Below are positions 59,390-64,000 of a stretch of DNA of 64,000 bases, piece by piece. Position numbers and translations under genes: made by a program. Within the stretch, counting starts at the first letter, position 1. Every line of letters begins with the position of its first letter. The stretch lies in the IMG/VR virus record IMGVR_UViG_3300035034_002228, positions 1-64,000 of that record; one strand, given 5' to 3'. The notes under the pieces were generated by a model. It did not search any database, was not told the origin of the DNA, and was given only the letters and a program-made list of their open reading frames with translations. Source of the DNA: a virus.

Positions 59390-60604
59390 CTACTTTTGTC
59401 GTTTCACGATCAAGGCCGCTAAGCCGAGACCGACCCCTACAACGCTAAGGAACAGTTTCCCAACTTCCACGGCGGACTTCCATTGATCGGTTTCATCCTT
59501 CCGATCGCGGGAGCGCATGTCGTATTCAAACTTCTGACGTTCCGAGTACGTCTGTCGTTCAAACTCGATCCGATTGCGTTCCATTTCCATCCGTTCGCGT
59601 TGTCGTTCAACGTCCTCTTTATGGCGTCGGACCTCCTGGTCTAAACGTTCCTGTTCTCTTTTTCTTCGCGCGTCTTCTTCTTTATAGTAGTCGTCTTGAC
59701 GCTTGCGTTCGGCATCCAGTTCGTGTTGTTCACGAGTGATCTCCTGTTTGTGTTTCTGAACGGCGATCTTCTCCAGACTCAAATCGTGTTCGGCTTCTTT
59801 CAGTTCAGCCTTGAATCGAGCTTCCGGAGACCCAAACGATTCCGCCTCGGCCCGGTTGCGGTATAAACCCAATGCTTTTTCAGCATCGGCGTACTCGTAA
59901 AATACCGTCTCCGGTTCGGAATTAATGGAGGATCGCGTGGTGACATAAACGCCGTCGCGCAGCTGTGGGTCGGATACAGATTTCAGTTCAAAGACATCGT
60001 AACCCGTATTGACCCATCGCTGGCCGTAGATACCTGAGTTGTCAACCATCAGGTACCGTTGTGTCAGCCCTTCTTCCAACGCGAACGATTCGTTTAACCG
60101 CTGTCGTTGTCCGGGTTGACTGAACGGATGTGCCACCGCGTCTCGGTGTTTCTCAAACCCGATAACGAGGTCCACGTCGTTCAAATAAACAACCCCACCT
60201 ACCTTCTCTAGGTCTTCACGGGAAATACCCAAAGTGTAGGAGAATTTACGCTGATTGTACCACATTGGTTCATGTTCGAGCGTATACAATGCATCAACGA
60301 TGCCTTTGCGCTCAACGTGGTTGTCCGGTAACTCTAACTCAGACAATAATTCACGTGCGTCAATTTTTACACCGGGATCGAATTCGTACTCGATCTTAAT
60401 GTAAAAATACTCGTCTGCCGTTGTAGACACGGTCGATGGTTCGCACACCACAATCCCCAGCGCGTTGCGCCAAAAGATCGGAGTCCGCATGGTACTACTC
60501 ATTTGGTAGTTGACGCTGGTGTGTTTGGAATTAAGGTCTTTGTTGTTCGGTCCCGGCACCACATCTGAAATGAGCGACGGAAAAATGTGGTTTAACCGTC
60601 CCAT
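59390..60604 (-). CDS. Conserved phiKZ-family protein with C-terminal coiled coil and membrane anchor
   Basis: Long E/R/K/Q coiled coil followed by LFLSVVGVGLGLAALIVKRQK. Confidence 0.7.
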   Translation of the reverse strand: MGRLNHIFPSLISDVVPGPNNKDLNSKHTSVNYQMSSTMRTPIFWRNALGIVVCEPSTVSTTADEYFYIKIEYEFDPGVKIDARELLSELELPDNHVERKGIVDALYTLEHEPMWYNQRKFSYTLGISREDLEKVGGVVYLNDVDLVIGFEKHRDAVAHPFSQPGQRQRLNESFALEEGLTQRYLMVDNSGIYGQRWVNTGYDVFELKSVSDPQLRDGVYVTTRSSINSEPETVFYEYADAEKALGLYRNRAEAESFGSPEARFKAELKEAEHDLSLEKIAVQKHKQEITREQHELDAERKRQDDYYKEEDARRKREQERLDQEVRRHKEDVERQRERMEMERNRIEFERQTYSERQKFEYDMRSRDRKDETDQWKSAVEVGKLFLSVVGVGLGLAALIVKRQK

Positions 60605-60615
60605 TGACGTGCTCC

Positions 60616-61254
60616 TTAATGCGTGGTGCTGATCTCCACCGACACCACGCCTAGACTCATGCGCGGTATCTCATGGGGTTTCGGATGATCGTTCGGCCTT
60701 GTTGCCGACCGGTCTGTCGGATTCGACCTCTGACTCTTCTCACCGGAATGGTCTCCTTGTTGCTGCCCTGTGGTTTTGACGACGTACAGCGGACGGGGTC
60801 CGGGGCGTTTGGTTCTCCCCGCCCGCTGTGAAAATTTTTGCCGAGGGGCTCCTTTCGGCGTCTTGGCTTTTTGCAGTGCCAAACGTAACGCCGTCATGGG
60901 CGGTTCCTCGTCTTTGTCCGTACAGTGTACCGAACCACTGAACTCACGAGCGACCGGTCCAATGGGATCAACCTGTATGGGTTCAGGGATTTCTTCCACA
61001 ATGGCAATACTGCGAACCAACCCTTCTTGGTTCAGCCATTCTTCCTTTACCCACTCTTCCACATCGGGCATGAATGCGATGAGGGTTTCAATGGCATCGT
61101 GATCGGTGAATCGTACACTGTGCGTGGTCACCAGTGTGTGGCAACCGTTTCGTTCAATTCGTTTTTGAGTCTTCGTGACTTCCGGAAAAGTCAGCTCATG
61201 GAGGTAGGACGTCTGCCCTTGTTCCTCCCAGGTGTTTATATCGAGATAATCCAT
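60616..61254 (-). CDS. Hypothetical protein (acidic N-half, basic C-half)
   Basis: ATG 61254 with GGAG RBS, preceded by an early-type promoter motif. Confidence 0.6.
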   Translation of the reverse strand: MDYLDINTWEEQGQTSYLHELTFPEVTKTQKRIERNGCHTLVTTHSVRFTDHDAIETLIAFMPDVEEWVKEEWLNQEGLVRSIAIVEEIPEPIQVDPIGPVAREFSGSVHCTDKDEEPPMTALRLALQKAKTPKGAPRQKFSQRAGRTKRPGPRPLYVVKTTGQQQGDHSGEKSQRSNPTDRSATRPNDHPKPHEIPRMSLGVVSVEISTTH

Positions 61255-61284
61255 AGCGCTATTAACTCCACGTGGTTTCTTGGC

Positions 61285-61308
61285 CACGTTTATAATGTAG
61301 ATTTGAAA
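61285..61308 (-). promoter_or_regulatory. Candidate phage early-type promoter
   Basis: Minus strand TTTCAAATCTACATTATAAACGTG shares ATCTAYATTAY with the 61449 site. Confidence 0.45.
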
Positions 61309-61321
61309 TAAAATGGATTCT

Positions 61322-61355
61322 CGACAAAAAAAAGAGTGCGGCACACACCGCACTC
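61322..61355 (-). terminator. Intrinsic terminator
   Basis: Minus strand GAGTGCGG-TGTGTG-CCGCACTC-TTTTTTTTGTCG. Confidence 0.85.
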
Positions 61356-61445
61356 CCCGCACTGTCACCGCAGTGTGGGTATCATTGACTCATCAAACGT
61401 GGTGTAGTCAAGGTCTTCTTGGGGTAGGTCGATGTAGAATTCGTC
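61326..61445 (-). ncRNA. Candidate early small RNA (about 120 nt)
   Basis: Bounded by a TATATTAC promoter and a U-tract terminator. Two internal hairpins and no RBS-led ORF. Confidence 0.45.
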
Positions 61446-61448
61446 TGA

Positions 61449-61460
61449 GTAATATAGATG
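61449..61460 (-). promoter_or_regulatory. phiKZ-type early promoter motif TATATTAC
   Basis: Minus strand CATCTATATTAC exactly matches the phiKZ early consensus core and lies just past a terminator. Confidence 0.55.
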
Positions 61461-61474
61461 TTACTTTAATTGGG

Positions 61475-61502
61475 ACGGCATAAAGCCCGTCCCGAAGGAC
61501 GG
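61475..61502 (-). terminator. Hairpin terminator
   Basis: Minus strand CCGTCC-TTCG-GGACGG-GC-TTTATGCCGT. Confidence 0.8.
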
Positions 61503-61751
61503 ACCTTATTGGTGTAGGTGCCTCACGCACGGGCTGTGCACCGATTGCTCGGCGACATTGGGTCAGCTCCCAACTCGTGAGACTGCCACCGGATACACGT
61601 TCGCTGGGGGGCAGGTACCCAGATAAGAACAAAACCGATGACTGCTTTGTGGTGGTACTCCAACACTTCCACCGTTTGACTCGCAGGCTGTGGTTGGAAC
61701 ACAGTGAACAGTAAACGCTTCGGGGCCAACAATGCAAACGCGTTTACTGGC
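61503..61751 (-). ncRNA. Candidate structured RNA (about 250-270 nt) starting at a TATG late-promoter motif
   Basis: A 10-bp perfect 5' stem (CAGTAAACGC/GCGTTTACTG) and several further hairpins. The overlapping 76-aa ORF has no convincing RBS. Confidence 0.4.
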
Positions 61752-61773
61752 ATATGATACTACACTCAGTAAA

Positions 61774-62421
61774 TTAAACGAGGGTTAACGGACCGTCGTA
61801 GTCTTCGGCCGGTACCCAGTACTCCCCATCGTGTACCCAATGTTCGTCCTTGTGTTTGAACTCACTACCTTTGACGGGGTTTTCGGGAATCACGTCCTGA
61901 GGTGGGTTATGTTGGTACTCGGGTTGAGACGGCGGCATGTAGGGGAACTGAATGTCCCGGATACTATCCCTGGAAGTAAACCGTGTCCCATTTGGATCAA
62001 TGAACACCACCGCATCCAACGTGTACGCGGTACCATCCGCGCGTTGGAAGATCTTACTGCAACGCAGGTTCTGTCGGACGTCCCCTTCGTACCATTCCGA
62101 CCATTCTTTTTCGTTCCCAGTCAGTGGGGTGAGGGGTTCACCTTCCACGAGACGAATGAACGCCGAAGCCGCCAACGCGGAGGAGAACCCGCTGTGGTTC
62201 TCTTTGGCGTGAGTCTGGACCAGTCGATACGCCGCCGGACCCAACATTCCATCGTAGTCACTGTCGGAATCAAACAAGCCAGCAGCTGTCAACTCACGCA
62301 TGGCGTGCGAGGTCATCTCGGAGCCGTTATCACGGCGGGTAAGTATACGGCGACACCAATCCCCGAAACGCTCTTTCCAGGTAGGGGTATGGGCTTCAAC
62401 GGTGCAATCTTGTTCAGTCAT
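61774..62421 (-). CDS. Hypothetical phage protein
   Basis: AAGGA RBS. HSGFS...PLTPLTG..EW...QN.RCS.IF pattern recalled from diverse phages. Confidence 0.7.
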   Translation of the reverse strand: MTEQDCTVEAHTPTWKERFGDWCRRILTRRDNGSEMTSHAMRELTAAGLFDSDSDYDGMLGPAAYRLVQTHAKENHSGFSSALAASAFIRLVEGEPLTPLTGNEKEWSEWYEGDVRQNLRCSKIFQRADGTAYTLDAVVFIDPNGTRFTSRDSIRDIQFPYMPPSQPEYQHNPPQDVIPENPVKGSEFKHKDEHWVHDGEYWVPAEDYDGPLTLV

Positions 62422-62482
62422 GATTCTATCCTTTTTGGTGTGGGCTTGCAGTGTATTGTTGGGACTCCCAGTAATTCCCTAG

Positions 62483-62515
62483 ACGACATAAAAGGCGCCC
62501 CGAAGGGCGCCTTTT
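62483..62515 (-). terminator. Terminator of the major capsid gene
   Basis: Minus strand AAAAGGCGCCC-TTCG-GGGCGCC-TTTTATGTCGT. Confidence 0.85.
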
Positions 62516-62542
62516 GTTACACTGGTCTCAGCAAGCGTTCGC

Positions 62543-64000
62543 TTACGGAGTAGTGGTACCACCAGTGGTGCCAGAGCCGTCTGTGTCAAGCTTGTTGAGG
62601 AAGACAGACTCACCCATGACGTCACGCAGACCGGATACGTCGATTTCGATCGCAAACGGAATGTTGTTAACGTGCAGGTTGAATGGCACGGCTGCAATCT
62701 CGCGAGAGATCTGACCGTTACGAGAGATCGGCAGGTCCGCAACGATGGTCGGAACGTAGTAGAACTGACCGAAGTTGAGGATGTCGTTCTCAACCGGGTT
62801 TTCACGGGTCGGGATGACCACGATCTTACCGTCGAAACGCTCGTTGTTGGTGGATACGATGTCGTACTTCAGGTAAGCACCCAGAGTACGGTCGTCGCCC
62901 TGCATCATCAGGTAGTGAGCGATTTCTTTATCGGTCGCGATGATGAACTTCGGACGCTCGTCTGCGTTACCAGTAACAGTCTGGTAAGCCGCTTCGATGT
63001 TGGAGTCGCGGTAAGCCGGGAACAGGATGGATTTCACCGTGTTCAGGATGGCTTGACACACGTCTTCCCAACGCTGGCCAGAGCGTGTGGAGTCGATGAC
63101 TTCACGCAGGTCCAGTTCAGCGTGACGATACGTCGGACGGATCATCGCAGACAGGGCACCTTCAACCGCACCGAACTTCGGACGATCATAGCCTGAGGAA
63201 GTCACTTCACGCAGCTGAGCCAGGTAGTTGAGCAGGCGAGTTACTGCGTTGTTGCTGTTACGGATGTTGGTCGCAACAGTCAGTGTCTTCACAACGTCAC
63301 CCGGGCCGTTCTCATCCATAGTGGACATCGGCAGAGTGATCGGGCTGTGCATCGGTACCGGGTAGCGGAACTGCAGGGTACGAGTCTGTACCAGCTGACC
63401 ACGCTCACGACGGTTGGTGTTGGTGAAGCGGCTGTCGAGGTCGTAACCAACCACGTTCAGTTCACCCAGGGCGTTCAGCAGCGTTGCCACGTCACCGGAA
63501 GTCTTGTCCAGTGCTTGACCTTCGGCGTCCAGTACTTTCTCAACCACAACCGGAGTTGAGTTGATCCAGGTGTCACCTTTGGAGAGGCTCACGGAACCGG
63601 ATACACCAACGCTCAGACGCATGGTCCATTCGCGAGAAGCGATTTCGTCCAGCTCTGCGCCAGTAGAACCGTCAACCGCCTTGGTACCGGCCTTAACAAC
63701 CAGATCTTCAGTGGTGAAGTTCAGTTGGGCGATACGGGTGTCGTTGGTCAGGCTCGGCTGGAAGACCGCAGTCGGCATGCGCTCAACAGTGAAGCGGATA
63801 ACCTTCTTGTTGGTACCGCCAGTCTGAACGTACAGGTTCTTCAGACGTATGGCCGGATCGATGGTGTCGGAGGTGTCCAGCAGGTTGCCAGCGATCAGCT
63901 GCTGACGGTTGGAAACACCGATCAGGTCGAACTTGTGGCCAACCTTCAGCGGAGCAGTCTTAACCACACCACCACGGTCCAGTTCGATACTCTTCGGAGC
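62543..64000 (-). CDS. Major capsid protein (phiKZ gp120-like), 5' part outside the window
   Basis: Frame open to the window edge. TNTNRRERGQL, Y.VP..SPIT, RNSNNAVT.LLNY and LHVNNIP motifs, strongly biased codon usage, and position upstream of the gp123-like gene. Confidence 0.85.
   Translation of the reverse strand, partial: APKSIELDRGGVVKTAPLKVGHKFDLIGVSNRQQLIAGNLLDTSDTIDPAIRLKNLYVQTGGTNKKVIRFTVERMPTAVFQPSLTNDTRIAQLNFTTEDLVVKAGTKAVDGSTGAELDEIASREWTMRLSVGVSGSVSLSKGDTWINSTPVVVEKVLDAEGQALDKTSGDVATLLNALGELNVVGYDLDSRFTNTNRRERGQLVQTRTLQFRYPVPMHSPITLPMSTMDENGPGDVVKTLTVATNIRNSNNAVTRLLNYLAQLREVTSSGYDRPKFGAVEGALSAMIRPTYRHAELDLREVIDSTRSGQRWEDVCQAILNTVKSILFPAYRDSNIEAAYQTVTGNADERPKFIIATDKEIAHYLMMQGDDRTLGAYLKYDIVSTNNERFDGKIVVIPTRENPVENDILNFGQFYYVPTIVADLPISRNGQISREIAAVPFNLHVNNIPFAIEIDVSGLRDVMGESVFLNKLDTDGSGTTGGTTTP

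Noticed and set aside
1-64000. CRISPR array, tRNA/rRNA genes, integrase or transposase
   Set aside because: I saw no regularly spaced direct repeats with unique spacers, no tRNA cloverleaf with T-loop consensus, and no recombinase or transposase motifs. This was checked by eye only.

Overview
This is a 64-kb segment of a phiKZ-like (Chimalliviridae-type, nucleus-forming) jumbo myophage genome covering the virion-morphogenesis region. The assignment rests on the C-terminal part of a gp120-like major capsid protein, a gp123-like non-virion RNA polymerase beta-type subunit, a gp129-like portal, an inner-head protein, a spike/PAAR pair, an SbcC-like ATPase, RuvC and dUTPase. The window also holds a lysis group (modular muramidase endolysin and overlapping spanin pair), a collagen-like fibre cluster, about 14 paralogous tail/baseplate proteins and a DarG-like macrodomain. 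The most unusual element is a roughly 10.5-kb, terminator-bounded cassette (10149-20609) directly after two tail-fibre genes. It encodes five radical-SAM enzymes with Cys-rich SPASM-like C-termini, a 180-aa protein ending in CHSK-CHGN-CHSS-RNRR, three paralogous unknown proteins, two further unknowns, and a 2OG-Fe(II) oxygenase whose gene is interrupted by an in-frame TGA. It has no recognisable peptidase or exporter, so it looks like RiPP-type post-translational modification machinery acting on a phage (probably virion/fibre) protein. Other observations are a strand-specific hairpin+TTTATG(T/C)CG terminator signature and several structured non-coding RNA candidates. All homology calls come from motif recognition and recall, not database searches.
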